From the NCBI GenBank assembly GCA_963827275.1, contig CAWHAA010000006.1, positions 249,144 to 313,143 of the forward strand: a DNA stretch of 64,000 nucleotides, given 5' to 3'. The notes beneath the pieces were generated by a model. It made no database searches. It was not told the origin of the DNA and was given only the letters and a program-made list of their open reading frames with translations. Below, in pieces: positions 52,959-61,139 of the stretch; within the stretch, counting starts at the first letter, position 1; each line of letters begins with the position of its first letter. The DNA is from an uncultured Spirochaetota bacterium. Lineage in GTDB: Bacteria > Spirochaetota > UBA4802 > UBA5550. A program made the position numbers and the translations under genes.

Positions 52959-54111
52959 GGTACTCCTCTCCGGTACGCGCCGCTGCGCTTTTGTCGATGC
53001 TGAAATAATCGTACAGATCCAGCATAGTCGCCTTCAGCTCATCAAGGCCCACGCCGCGCGCCGCGGACCCGATGATTGCGCCCGGGTAATTATTTATGAC
53101 CCTGTTCATCGCCGCCTCTCCGGCAAGAAGGTCCGCCTTGTTGAAGAAAAGGACCGATTTTTTCTCTCCGCACCCGAGCTCAAACAGCTCGCCGTTCACC
53201 GTGCGTATGTTCGAATCCATGTCGGGCGACGATATGTCTATGACATGTACGAGAAAATCCGCGTTCCGTATCTCCTCGATCGTCGATCTGAAGGACTCGA
53301 TGAGGCTCGACGGCAGGTTCTTGATAAAGCCGACCGTATCGACCATCAGGCATTTTTTACCATCGGCGAGAAACACGGTGCGGGTGTACGAATCGAGCGT
53401 CGCGAAGAGACGGTCCTCGACAAAGAGGTCGTCCCTCGCCAGGCAGTTGATGAGCGTCGACTTCCCCGCGTTCGTGTAGCCGACCACCGCGGCGATGACC
53501 TCGCCACGGCGGCCCTTGCGGACCGTGACGCGGTGCTTCTGTATCCTGTCGAGCTTCTGGTTGAGGGTCTTGATACGTCTCGATATATGGCGTCGGTCGG
53601 TTTCAAGCATCGTTTCCCCCGGCCCCCTGGTCCCGATCCCCCCACCGAGGCGCGAAAGGACGCCGCCCAGCCCCTTCAGGCGCGGAAGGATGTACTTGAG
53701 CTGCGCCATCTCGACCTGTATCTTCGATTCCGCGCTCCGCGCCCTGCGCGCGAAGATCTCCATGATGATCTCGGTGCGGCCGACGACACGGCACTTCAGG
53801 CGGTCTTCCAGGTTGCGCACCTGCGCCGGGCGTATCCCGTTCAGGTCGAACACGATAAGCCTGATGTCCCGGTCGCGGATCATCCCCGCCATGACGTCGA
53901 GGTATCCCTTCCCCACGATATAGGAGGCGTCGAGCGCGTCCCGGTTCACGATCTGCCGGTCTATGACGACAGCGCCCGCGGTCCTGACCAGGCGCTCCAG
54001 CTCGTCAAGGGAGCTCTCCAGCTGCTGCGGGTCGGCCCCGCGGATCCGTATCCCGAACAGCAGCGCGCGCTCGTCTTTTGATGAGGGTATCCTATTTACC
54101 GAGGCATCCAT
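52948..54111 (-). CDS. hflX: GTPase HflX
   Basis: GTRGPGET, GYTNAGKST, FATLD, DTVGF and NKAD motifs. Confidence 0.96.
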   Translation of the reverse strand: MDASVNRIPSSKDERALLFGIRIRGADPQQLESSLDELERLVRTAGAVVIDRQIVNRDALDASYIVGKGYLDVMAGMIRDRDIRLIVFDLNGIRPAQVRNLEDRLKCRVVGRTEIIMEIFARRARSAESKIQVEMAQLKYILPRLKGLGGVLSRLGGGIGTRGPGETMLETDRRHISRRIKTLNQKLDRIQKHRVTVRKGRRGEVIAAVVGYTNAGKSTLINCLARDDLFVEDRLFATLDSYTRTVFLADGKKCLMVDTVGFIKNLPSSLIESFRSTIEEIRNADFLVHVIDISSPDMDSNIRTVNGELFELGCGEKKSVLFFNKADLLAGEAAMNRVINNYPGAIIGSAARGVGLDELKATMLDLYDYFSIDKSAAARTGEEYHDY

Positions 54112-54619
54112 CTATGTCTATTCTGCAGCCTTCCGAGATATTGTTCGAGGTGAACCAGCCCCGGTTCACCTCGAGGGCGTAGAGTGCGGGCGCCGCCGAG
54201 GGGTACGTCACTGATATATCGAGCGGCTTCATGTCGTATATCTCTTTGATGACACCGTCTTTGCCGACAAACGCTATGCTGAGCGGCACCAGGGTGTTTT
54301 TCATCCAGAAATTCATCTTCTGCTCGCGGTCGAATATGAAGAGCATACCGCGGTCGCGGGGCAGCTCCCTGCGGTGCATGAGCCCCTTCATTCTCAGCGG
54401 CTCCGTATCAGCGACCTCAACGGTCAGGGCCACCGGGCGGTTGGCGGCGTCATGAATGCGCAGCGCGCAGACCCTGCTCCCTGACACCGCGGCAACGGAG
54501 AGGGAGGCCATAAAGAGGAGGCAGCCCACGCACCGCGATGCAGTGCGCGGGACGCGGCCGCCTGCCGTGCGACGCTGTTCCCGGTTACCGCCTGTTTTGT
54601 TCCAGGTTCTCTTTCTCAT
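54092..54619 (-). CDS. DUF192 domain protein
   Basis: VEVADT..RMKGLM, GMLFIF, FWMKNT and ALEVN motifs; start uncertain. Confidence 0.85.
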   Translation of the reverse strand: MRKRTWNKTGGNREQRRTAGGRVPRTASRCVGCLLFMASLSVAAVSGSRVCALRIHDAANRPVALTVEVADTEPLRMKGLMHRRELPRDRGMLFIFDREQKMNFWMKNTLVPLSIAFVGKDGVIKEIYDMKPLDISVTYPSAAPALYALEVNRGWFTSNNISEGCRIDIDGCLGK

Positions 54620-55781
54620 CCTCTATCCTGTTCAGCTTCTTGAGTTCTATGATCTCCTCCAGGTCCTCGATCTTTTTGTCGATGCTCTTGTGATACGGGT
54701 TGAAGTCCCTGGTCGTCTGGAATTCCTTGAGCGCGCCCTCGATGTCGTCGCCCACGTATGACTTGATCCCCCTCTTGTAGTGGTCCTCGGCGGTCATGCG
54801 GTCTTCCAGGGTGACGACCTTGGGGATCAGCTTGAACGAGATGTTGAAGGAATACGTGGGGGTGAAATCGCCCCCATCCGCGAAGGACGCGTCAATGGTG
54901 AACGACACGTTCTTGATGACATAGTTGAAGCCCAGGCCGACGGTATAGGTCCCGGTATCGTTGAAGCGCCATCCGCCCCTGATAAAGAGCAGGTCGATGT
55001 ACGACAGCTCGAGACCGATGTTCATCCTGAAACTTTCGTTGAAGCCGTGGGTGAAATCGAGCAGGTCGTCCGCCTTAATGCAGTTTTCTATGAGGTCGAT
55101 GTTCAGCCCCAGCCAGTTGAGCGGCTTATAGGACAACCCGAGGCGTATGTGCCGCGGAAGGGGGCTGCTCATGACCTTGGTCCCGAGGTTCAGGACCGAC
55201 AGGCCGATATGGAAGTTCCGCAGCGGGGCGTCGAACGGGGTCCACATCCGGAGTCCCTTCAGGATACCGATATCGACGCCGAACGCGTGGACCATTTTCG
55301 TGTCGATCCGCTGGTAGATATACTTCGCCGTTGCGCCCACGTACAGGTAGTCGAAGTCGTACCCGTACCCGACGGTGAGGCACCCGTTGTAGAACTGGAT
55401 GTCGCCGACGTTCAGCCCGTTGATATCCACCTTGTCGAACGCGGGGACCCAGAAGATCGAATTGGCCACGCCGAGAAAGCCGCGCTTGATCGGATAACAG
55501 AGGGTGAGGTTCTCGAGCCTGGAGTCCTCTATCAGCTCGTGGTGAAAGACGGAGAGCTGCGGATATTTCAACGAGCCGAGCCCCGCCGGGTTGAAATAGA
55601 TCGAGTTAATGTCCTCGACCTCGGCGGTAAAGGCCTCGCCCATGCCGAGGGCGCGGCTCCCGATCGCGTACTCGAGGAAGCCGGCGCCGGACGTGCCCAC
55701 TGTGCCGGCGGCGCGGAGCGCACCTGACGCGAGCAACACCGCGAGGAGGCCTGCATACAGTGTGATGTATCTTGTTTTCAT
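54585..55781 (-). CDS. PorV/PorQ-like (UPF0164) outer membrane beta-barrel with C-terminal TPR-like helices
   Basis: Signal peptide; FLEYAIGSRALGMGEAF and YFNPAGL motifs. Confidence 0.75.
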   Translation of the reverse strand: MKTRYITLYAGLLAVLLASGALRAAGTVGTSGAGFLEYAIGSRALGMGEAFTAEVEDINSIYFNPAGLGSLKYPQLSVFHHELIEDSRLENLTLCYPIKRGFLGVANSIFWVPAFDKVDINGLNVGDIQFYNGCLTVGYGYDFDYLYVGATAKYIYQRIDTKMVHAFGVDIGILKGLRMWTPFDAPLRNFHIGLSVLNLGTKVMSSPLPRHIRLGLSYKPLNWLGLNIDLIENCIKADDLLDFTHGFNESFRMNIGLELSYIDLLFIRGGWRFNDTGTYTVGLGFNYVIKNVSFTIDASFADGGDFTPTYSFNISFKLIPKVVTLEDRMTAEDHYKRGIKSYVGDDIEGALKEFQTTRDFNPYHKSIDKKIEDLEEIIELKKLNRIEDEKENLEQNRR

Positions 55782-55804
55782 TATATTTCAGCCGGTACTG
55801 CCGG

Positions 55805-57079
55805 TCAATTATTAACTATGAATTTCTGGATGATGTCCACCGAGTCCTCGAAATCCTTCGAAAAGAATTCGACGATGGTGAACTGGCCCTCAAATAGCCT
55901 GCTGTATTCGGTTATCTTCTCTTTTATCGGCCCGGCGATGTCGTTGCGCGTGAGTATGATGAGCGTGTCCTGTATAATATGGACGATCGCCGAATCAGAG
56001 TAGAGCGTGCTGCTCAGTTTTGATATGATGTATTTTATCAGGAACGGCAGGTTTGAATTTTCCCGTATCACCGATTTGATTATCAGGCCGGAGCGGTCCT
56101 TGCGAAGCAGGAACACGGTGAACAGGTAGTCGAGTACATCGTACACGTATTCCAGGTCCTCGTGGCTCTTTGCCGAAAAGACGAGCGACTGGCAGTCGTT
56201 GAGGATAAAATACGGGAGGGCGAGCTTCTGCCTGATGGTGCCGGTGATGACAGCCGGGTCCGCGGGTGAATCGGCGTCGGACAGCTCGATCATCAGTATC
56301 GCTGACGGCAGGAACGGCGACACGCTCGCCGTGCCCTCGAGGGGGAGATCCTTCATGATGCCTGCGGTGATGCCGCTCAGCATGTTGAAATATACCGGCC
56401 GGGGCGCCTCGCCCGTTTTATGGGCAAAGATCTTCGCGAGGAACGGGTCAAAATGGATCCGCTCATCATTGATTATTATCCCCTCGGGGTGCGACAGGAT
56501 CTCCCGGAAGAGCCCGTCCCTGAGGCTGACGGATATGTTCTCAACGCTGTAGGCGTCAAGGGTATGGATGGTCGGCGCGAACGCCTTCAGGGACACATTG
56601 TACGATAGGAGCGCAAAGGGAGAAAACGCGAGGTCGCGCATGCGCTCGACGATGTAGGTCGCCAGCGAATACTGTATAGACACATCGGCCGCTTCACGGT
56701 TCATTTCGAACGGGTTGAACGCGATGTTTATCTCTCCGTTGTCACGGAGCCCCCTGGCCTTGTAGTAGAGACGATAGAGCTCAAGCTCGAACGTGTCATC
56801 CGTCATGGAGACAGCCCGCCCGGGGTCAGCGACGGGGCCATCGACCGGGGGTTCGTTCACGCGTACCCTGTCCACCAGGGTCTTGAGCTCCGGGTTAAAG
56901 GTCCGTTCCCTGAGGAGGTTCAGCTGTTTCCTGGTGTCCTCCTCGAACGAGTCGGCAATCGACTCAGGAGAGGCGGGTCCGAGGTCATCAGGCGGCGGTA
57001 TCCGGCCCGCTCCCTCTTTTTTTTCTGGATCTTCAATGACATCCGCGGTGCGTTTTGATTCGGGCATAGTGAAGTCCAT
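55805..57079 (-). CDS. Hypothetical protein
   Basis: 424-aa ORF coupled to nadA (TAATG overlap); no family recognised. Confidence 0.7.
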   Translation of the reverse strand: MDFTMPESKRTADVIEDPEKKEGAGRIPPPDDLGPASPESIADSFEEDTRKQLNLLRERTFNPELKTLVDRVRVNEPPVDGPVADPGRAVSMTDDTFELELYRLYYKARGLRDNGEINIAFNPFEMNREAADVSIQYSLATYIVERMRDLAFSPFALLSYNVSLKAFAPTIHTLDAYSVENISVSLRDGLFREILSHPEGIIINDERIHFDPFLAKIFAHKTGEAPRPVYFNMLSGITAGIMKDLPLEGTASVSPFLPSAILMIELSDADSPADPAVITGTIRQKLALPYFILNDCQSLVFSAKSHEDLEYVYDVLDYLFTVFLLRKDRSGLIIKSVIRENSNLPFLIKYIISKLSSTLYSDSAIVHIIQDTLIILTRNDIAGPIKEKITEYSRLFEGQFTIVEFFSKDFEDSVDIIQKFIVNN

Positions 57080-57981
57080 TAATATGACAGCTCCAGCATG
57101 CGGTCAAGGGCCTTCCGGGCGGCCTCACGTACTTCCGGCGCTACCGTTACGACCGTTTTCTCTTCCTGGAGCCCGCGCAGCAGCACCGGGAGCGTTATCT
57201 TTTTCATGTTGGGGCATATAAATGAGCCGGCTGCAGGTATATATTCTATGTGGGGCGCGACGCTCTTCAGCTTGTGGATCATCCCTATTTCGGTCCCGAC
57301 GATAATCTTTTTCCTGTCAGTGGATTGCACGAATCTGACCATGTGACCGGTGGAGAGGACCTCGTCCGCCATGTCGATCACGTCCGGCCTGCACTCGGGA
57401 TGCACCATGACCAGGGCGTCCGGGTGCTGTTTTTTAACAGCGGCAAGGTCTTCCACCGTGAATTTTTCATGGGTAGGGCAAAACCCCTTCCAGGCGATGA
57501 TCTTCTTCTTGGTAAAGCGCTGCACATAGCTCCCGAGGTTTTTGTCCGGAAGGAAAAGGATGGTGTCAGCCTCGACCCGTTCAACGATTTTAAGCGCATT
57601 CGACGAGGTGCAGATGACGTCGGACTGCGCCTTGACCGCCGCGGTCGAATTGATATAGGTAACGACCATGGCGCCCGGATGCTCTCTCCTGAGCCTGATT
57701 ACGTCTTCGGCATCAACCATGTCGGCCATGGGGCAGCCTGCCGTCGGGTCCGGGATGATCACTTTTTTTTGCGGAGAGAGAATGGCGGCCGACTCGGCCA
57801 TGAAATGAACACCGCAGAACACGATCATGGACGCGTCGTTTTTCGCCGCGATCTGCGAAAGTTCAAGCGAATCGCCGCTGAAATCCGCCACGTCCTGCAC
57901 CTCGCCCACCTGGTAGTTGTGGGCAAGTATGATGGCATTTTTTTCCTTTGCCAGCTTTTTAATCTGTTCGGATATATTCAT
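57079..57981 (-). CDS. nadA: Quinolinate synthase
   Basis: LAHNYQ, CGVHFMAE, GCPMA, YINS, HPEC and CPNMK motifs. Confidence 0.97.
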   Translation of the reverse strand: MNISEQIKKLAKEKNAIILAHNYQVGEVQDVADFSGDSLELSQIAAKNDASMIVFCGVHFMAESAAILSPQKKVIIPDPTAGCPMADMVDAEDVIRLRREHPGAMVVTYINSTAAVKAQSDVICTSSNALKIVERVEADTILFLPDKNLGSYVQRFTKKKIIAWKGFCPTHEKFTVEDLAAVKKQHPDALVMVHPECRPDVIDMADEVLSTGHMVRFVQSTDRKKIIVGTEIGMIHKLKSVAPHIEYIPAAGSFICPNMKKITLPVLLRGLQEEKTVVTVAPEVREAARKALDRMLELSY

Positions 57982-58179
57982 CTCGCGGCCATTTTATAAT
58001 TTTATAAAAGTAACATTTTACGGCAATGGTCATTTTTTTTGATCGACAGTTATCAGTTTGTTTATAGTATTGTCGAGACATAATAAATTATCAACATAAA
58101 AATAGGCTGGAAAAACAAATTTTTCTAAAAAATAATTGACACCATTTATATGGGCAATCAAGTTACCTGAGAAATATAT

Positions 58180-58732
58180 TCCCCTGTAGCTCAGTCGGTA
58201 GAGTCCCGACAAGGTCGGGATTAACCACTGGACGAAGGTGAATGATGATGTGAATATTCCCCTGTAGCTCAGTCGGTAGAGTCCCGACAAGGTCGGGATT
58301 AACCACTGGACGAAGGTGAATGATGATGTGAATATTCCCCTGTAGCTCAGTCGGTAGAGTCCCGACAAGGTCGGGATTAACCACTGGAATCGAAGGTGAA
58401 TGATGATGTTGAGCATATTCCCCTGTAGCTCAGTCGGTAGAGTCCCGACAAGGTCGGGATTAACCACTGGACGAAGGTGAATGATGATGTGAATATTCCC
58501 CTGTAGCTCAGTCGGTAGAGTCCCGACAAGGTCGGGATTAACCACTGGACGAAGGTGAATGATGATGTGAATATTCCCCTGTAGCTCAGTCGGTAGAGTC
58601 CCGACAAGGTCGGGATTAACCACTGGATCGAAGGTGAATGATGATGTGAATATTCCCCTGTAGCTCAGTCGGTAGAGTCCCGACAAGGTCGGGATTAACC
58701 ACTGGATCGAAGGTGAATGATGATGTGAATAT
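58180..58732 (+). repeat. Seven tandem ~78-bp tRNA-Asn-derived units with a hairpin replacing the 5' anticodon arm
   Basis: Units start at 58180, 58258, 58336, 58419, 58497, 58575 and 58654. Consensus TCCCCTGTAGCTCAGTCGGTAGAG-TCCCGACAAGGTCGGGA-TTAACCACTGG-A(T)CGAAGGTGAATGATGATGTGAATAT. Confidence 0.97.
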
Positions 58733-58805
58733 TCCCCTGTAGCTCAGTCGGTAGAGCAAGTGGCTGTTAACCACTGGGTCGTAGGTTCGAGTCCTACCGG
58801 GGGAG
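58733..58805 (+). tRNA. tRNA-Asn(GTT), intact
   Basis: TCCCCTG/CGGGGGA acceptor stem, GTGG-CTGTTAA-CCAC anticodon arm and GTAGG-TTCGAGT-CCTAC T arm. Confidence 0.96.
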
Positions 58806-58812
58806 CATCCCT

Positions 58813-58843
58813 AAAGCAACGATCAATGATTGTTGCTTTTTTT
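58813..58843 (+). terminator. Intrinsic terminator between tRNA-Asn and the GIY-YIG gene
   Basis: AAAGCAACGATC/GATTGTTGCTTT stem followed by a T run. Confidence 0.75.
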
Positions 58844-58849
58844 ATTCCA

Positions 58850-59113
58850 ATGAAACAATATTACACCTACATCCTGCAATCTGAATCAACAGGCAAATAC
58901 TACATTGGCCACAGCCATGACCTGGAACAACGCATATTGCAGCACAATACCCATTCTTTCTCAGGCTCAGTTTCAACGAAAAGACTTATGGGCCCATGGA
59001 AACTGGTTTTTCAGGAATCTTATGATACGCGTTCAGAAGCGATGGACCGTGAAAAACAGATCAAGTCATGGAAAAGTAAACAAGCAATTCAAAGGCTGAT
59101 AGACAGTCGGTAG
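58850..59113 (+). CDS. Stand-alone GIY-YIG nuclease (87 aa)
   Basis: YTYIL...YYIGHS.DLEQRILQHN, GPWKLV and EAMDREKQIK (catalytic Tyr/Arg/His/Glu pattern). Confidence 0.92.
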   Translation: MKQYYTYILQSESTGKYYIGHSHDLEQRILQHNTHSFSGSVSTKRLMGPWKLVFQESYDTRSEAMDREKQIKSWKSKQAIQRLIDSR

Positions 59114-59171
59114 AGTCCCGACGCAGTCGGGATTAACCACTGGGTCGCAGGTTCGAGTCCTACCGGGGGAG
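59104..59171 (+). pseudogene. 5'-truncated, hairpin-substituted copy of tRNA-Asn
   Basis: CAGTCGGTAGAG-TCCCGACGCAGTCGGGA-TTAACCACTGGGTCGCAGGTTCGAGTCCTACCGGGGGAG; overlaps the GIY-YIG stop codon. Confidence 0.92.
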
Positions 59172-59296
59172 CATGGGCGCTTTTCGAACTCCGGAAAGCG
59201 CCTTTTTTATTTACCGACCATTATTGTAGCGATTATTGACAAAATGGTTGGTTCGAATACTGTCTTCCCGCTACATTACGATAAGACTCGAACTTC
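59163..59296 (+). repeat. Cassette-boundary repeat copy 0 (tRNA 3' end, terminator and module B)
   Basis: CCGGGGGAGCATGGGCGCTTTTCGAACTCCGGAAAGCGCCTTTTTT...CCGACCATT...AATGGTTGGTTCGAATACTGTCTTCCCG...GATAAGACTCGAACT. Confidence 0.9.
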
Positions 59297-59381
59297 ATAA
59301 TTTTTTCGGCAAGTATACCCTATTAGCACAAGGCGGCAATCCATCCCCCATTTCACAAATCAAGTAACATTGAAATAGTAA

Positions 59382-59419
59382 TTGACAGTCACATACATTA
59401 TGCATATATTATATGTATG
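59382..59419 (+). promoter_or_regulatory. Promoter/operator of TA cassette 1
   Basis: TTGACA-17 nt-TATATT with overlapping CATACAT/ATGTATG inverted repeat; ATG lies 6 nt after the -10 box. Confidence 0.65.
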
Positions 59420-59686
59420 CATAATTTTTCAAAGCATAGTCTGAATAGACTCGATGAGCGCAAATTTTCCAAGGAATCGATAGAATCAATCCTCAACAAA
59501 GAAGTTGATGTTGTTATTTACCCGAGCACGAGGGATGAAGACATTGACCTCTATTTCGGGAAATACGTAGGCATGTATATACTCGTTGTTTATAACCGTC
59601 AAACTTCAACTATCGTGACTGTCAGAAATATGAGGAAGAAGGAAAAAGAAATTTTCAATGAGGTGATGAGATATGAAAAAGAATAA
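59417..59686 (+). CDS. Putative toxin, DUF4258/BrnT-like
   Basis: FSKHSLNRLDER...ILVVY...IVTVR pattern; overlaps the downstream antitoxin-like gene. Confidence 0.65.
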   Translation: MHNFSKHSLNRLDERKFSKESIESILNKEVDVVIYPSTRDEDIDLYFGKYVGMYILVVYNRQTSTIVTVRNMRKKEKEIFNEVMRYEKE

Positions 59687-59951
59687 ACAGATTGATGCTT
59701 CATATTACGATAAAACTGATTTGTCCGGCATCATGATGCAAGCCGACAGAAAAAAGAAAGTATACAAAGCCAAAACAAAACGGATCACCATGAACATCAC
59801 ACACGAAGCCTACGAAGACGCCCATGATCTTGATCGGTTTATGGGAATGGGCTATCAGAACGTATTAAAAACTGCAATGGTTATGGGTTTGAAAGATCTT
59901 CATACTATCGTTCTGAGAGAAAAGAAGAAGAAACGGCAGACTGAAAATTGA
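59673..59951 (+). CDS. Putative antitoxin, CopG/BrnA-like ribbon-helix-helix
   Basis: YYDKTDLS, TKRITMNI strand and GMGYQNVLK helix. Confidence 0.65.
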   Translation: MKKNKQIDASYYDKTDLSGIMMQADRKKKVYKAKTKRITMNITHEAYEDAHDLDRFMGMGYQNVLKTAMVMGLKDLHTIVLREKKKKRQTEN

Positions 59952-59960
59952 CAATCACTA

Positions 59961-60162
59961 TTCCACCATCCAGATTATGAAATCCAGCAGGATATCATCG
60001 ACAACCTGGTTCGAATACTGTCTTCCCGTGGGAGCATGGGCGCTTTTCGAACTTCGGAAAGCGCCTTTTTATTTTCCGACCATTATTGCATCAAATATTT
60101 ACAAAATGGTTGGTTCGAATACTGTCTTCCCACAGCATTACGATAAGACTCGAACTCCTTTA
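59961..60162 (+). repeat. Cassette-boundary repeat copy 1 (modules A and B)
   Basis: TTCCACCA...AAATCCAGCAGGATATCATCGACAACCTGGTTCGAATACTGTCTTCCCGTGGGAGCATGGGCGC..., then terminator and module B. Confidence 0.93.
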
Positions 60163-60205
60163 TAGCCATCCATATCAAGCATTTTTCTATTGACCTTTTT
60201 GTATA

Positions 60206-60240
60206 TTTTTAATATCTTGACATTGTAAAGATATTAAAAA
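60206..60240. promoter_or_regulatory. Palindromic operator upstream of mqsR
   Basis: TTTTTAATATCTT-N9-AAGATATTAAAAA perfect 13-bp arms, overlapping a TTGACC-17 nt-TATCTT promoter. Confidence 0.7.
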
Positions 60241-60542
60241 TGGATAAATTCAAAGCACATTATTCACTGTTGCGGGTAAAGGTCCTGGTCAAAGAGGGTC
60301 GATATCGTATTACCGCTTCAGCCATGAAAAGCGCCTTCGAGGATTTTTCACTATTATCAGAAGATCTTGCTGAATGGGTGCTCAGGCTTGAAGCATCGGA
60401 CTTATACAAGTCAATGACGAGCCATTTTGATACAACCTTGTGGCAGGACGTTTATCACAAAAAGATTATTACCAGAATAGCCTATATTAAACTTCAAATT
60501 CTTGATGATGAAACGGTAATAATCTCATTCAAGGAGAAATGA
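60240..60542 (+). CDS. mqsR: MqsR-family mRNA interferase toxin
   Basis: HYSL, ITASA, YKSMTS...WQDVY, YIKLQ and IISFKEK motifs. Confidence 0.88.
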   Translation: MDKFKAHYSLLRVKVLVKEGRYRITASAMKSAFEDFSLLSEDLAEWVLRLEASDLYKSMTSHFDTTLWQDVYHKKIITRIAYIKLQILDDETVIISFKEK

Positions 60543-60543
60543 C

Positions 60544-60969
60544 ATGAAAGATAAAAAATGGATTGATTGCCCTTCCTGTGGGTCGAAAGGATCCATGAAA
60601 TACAAAAAAGGCATGTCGGAAACATACCGCAACCCCGGATATGAACCGATAACCGTCACCAACCTTGACGGATATTTCTGCTCTGCCTGCGGTGAAGGGA
60701 TATACAGCATTAAATCGAGTAAAATCATAACATCGAAACTGACAGATGAAAAAGCGCGCCAGGACTCAAAACGGGTCGTGGCCTCTGACCTCATTGATGT
60801 TGATTCGGTTGCGAAAAAGCTTTCGGTGACCAGGCAGCGAGTGCACCAGATGATGGATGAAGGTAAAATCTCATATGTGTATGTCGGGAAGCACAGATTC
60901 CCGGTCAGGGATAATGAAAGCTCGTATAAGAAGTTGAAGAAAAGAATACATACGATAGCACATAATTGA
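60544..60969 (+). CDS. MqsA/YgiT-type zinc-finger antitoxin with C-terminal HTH
   Basis: CPSC...CSACGEG zinc finger and VAKKLSVTRQRVHQM HTH. Confidence 0.8.
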   Translation: MKDKKWIDCPSCGSKGSMKYKKGMSETYRNPGYEPITVTNLDGYFCSACGEGIYSIKSSKIITSKLTDEKARQDSKRVVASDLIDVDSVAKKLSVTRQRVHQMMDEGKISYVYVGKHRFPVRDNESSYKKLKKRIHTIAHN

Positions 60970-60981
60970 TTATTTTTATAC

Positions 60982-61094
60982 TTCCACCACCCAAATCATA
61001 AAATCCAGCAGGATATCATCGATAACCTGGTTCGAGTACTGTCTTCCCGTGGGAGCATGGGCGCTTTTCGAACTCCGGGAAGCGCCTTTTTATT
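60982..61094 (+). repeat. Cassette-boundary repeat copy 2 (module A only)
   Basis: Near-identical to 59961-60072; similarity ends after the terminator T run. Confidence 0.93.
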
Positions 61095-61139
61095 CAGATT
61101 AGATTATGTGATGATTTTAATGACTGTATCGGACAGGGA

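Noticed and set aside
58030..58686. Minus-strand repetitive ORFs across the tandem array
   Set aside because: They are by-products of a 78-bp (26-codon) period, change frame at variant units, and resemble no protein I recognise.
58180..58732. CRISPR array
   Set aside because: The units are near-identical over their full length with no unique spacers, they derive from tRNA-Asn, and no cas genes are present in the window.
58760..58849. N-terminal extension of the GIY-YIG ORF from 58760
   Set aside because: It overlaps the tRNA and terminator; the domain begins at the ATG at 58850.
58733..59171. Group I intron with homing endonuclease inside tRNA-Asn
   Set aside because: The upstream tRNA is complete and uninterrupted, the downstream part duplicates rather than completes it, and there is no room for a ribozyme core.
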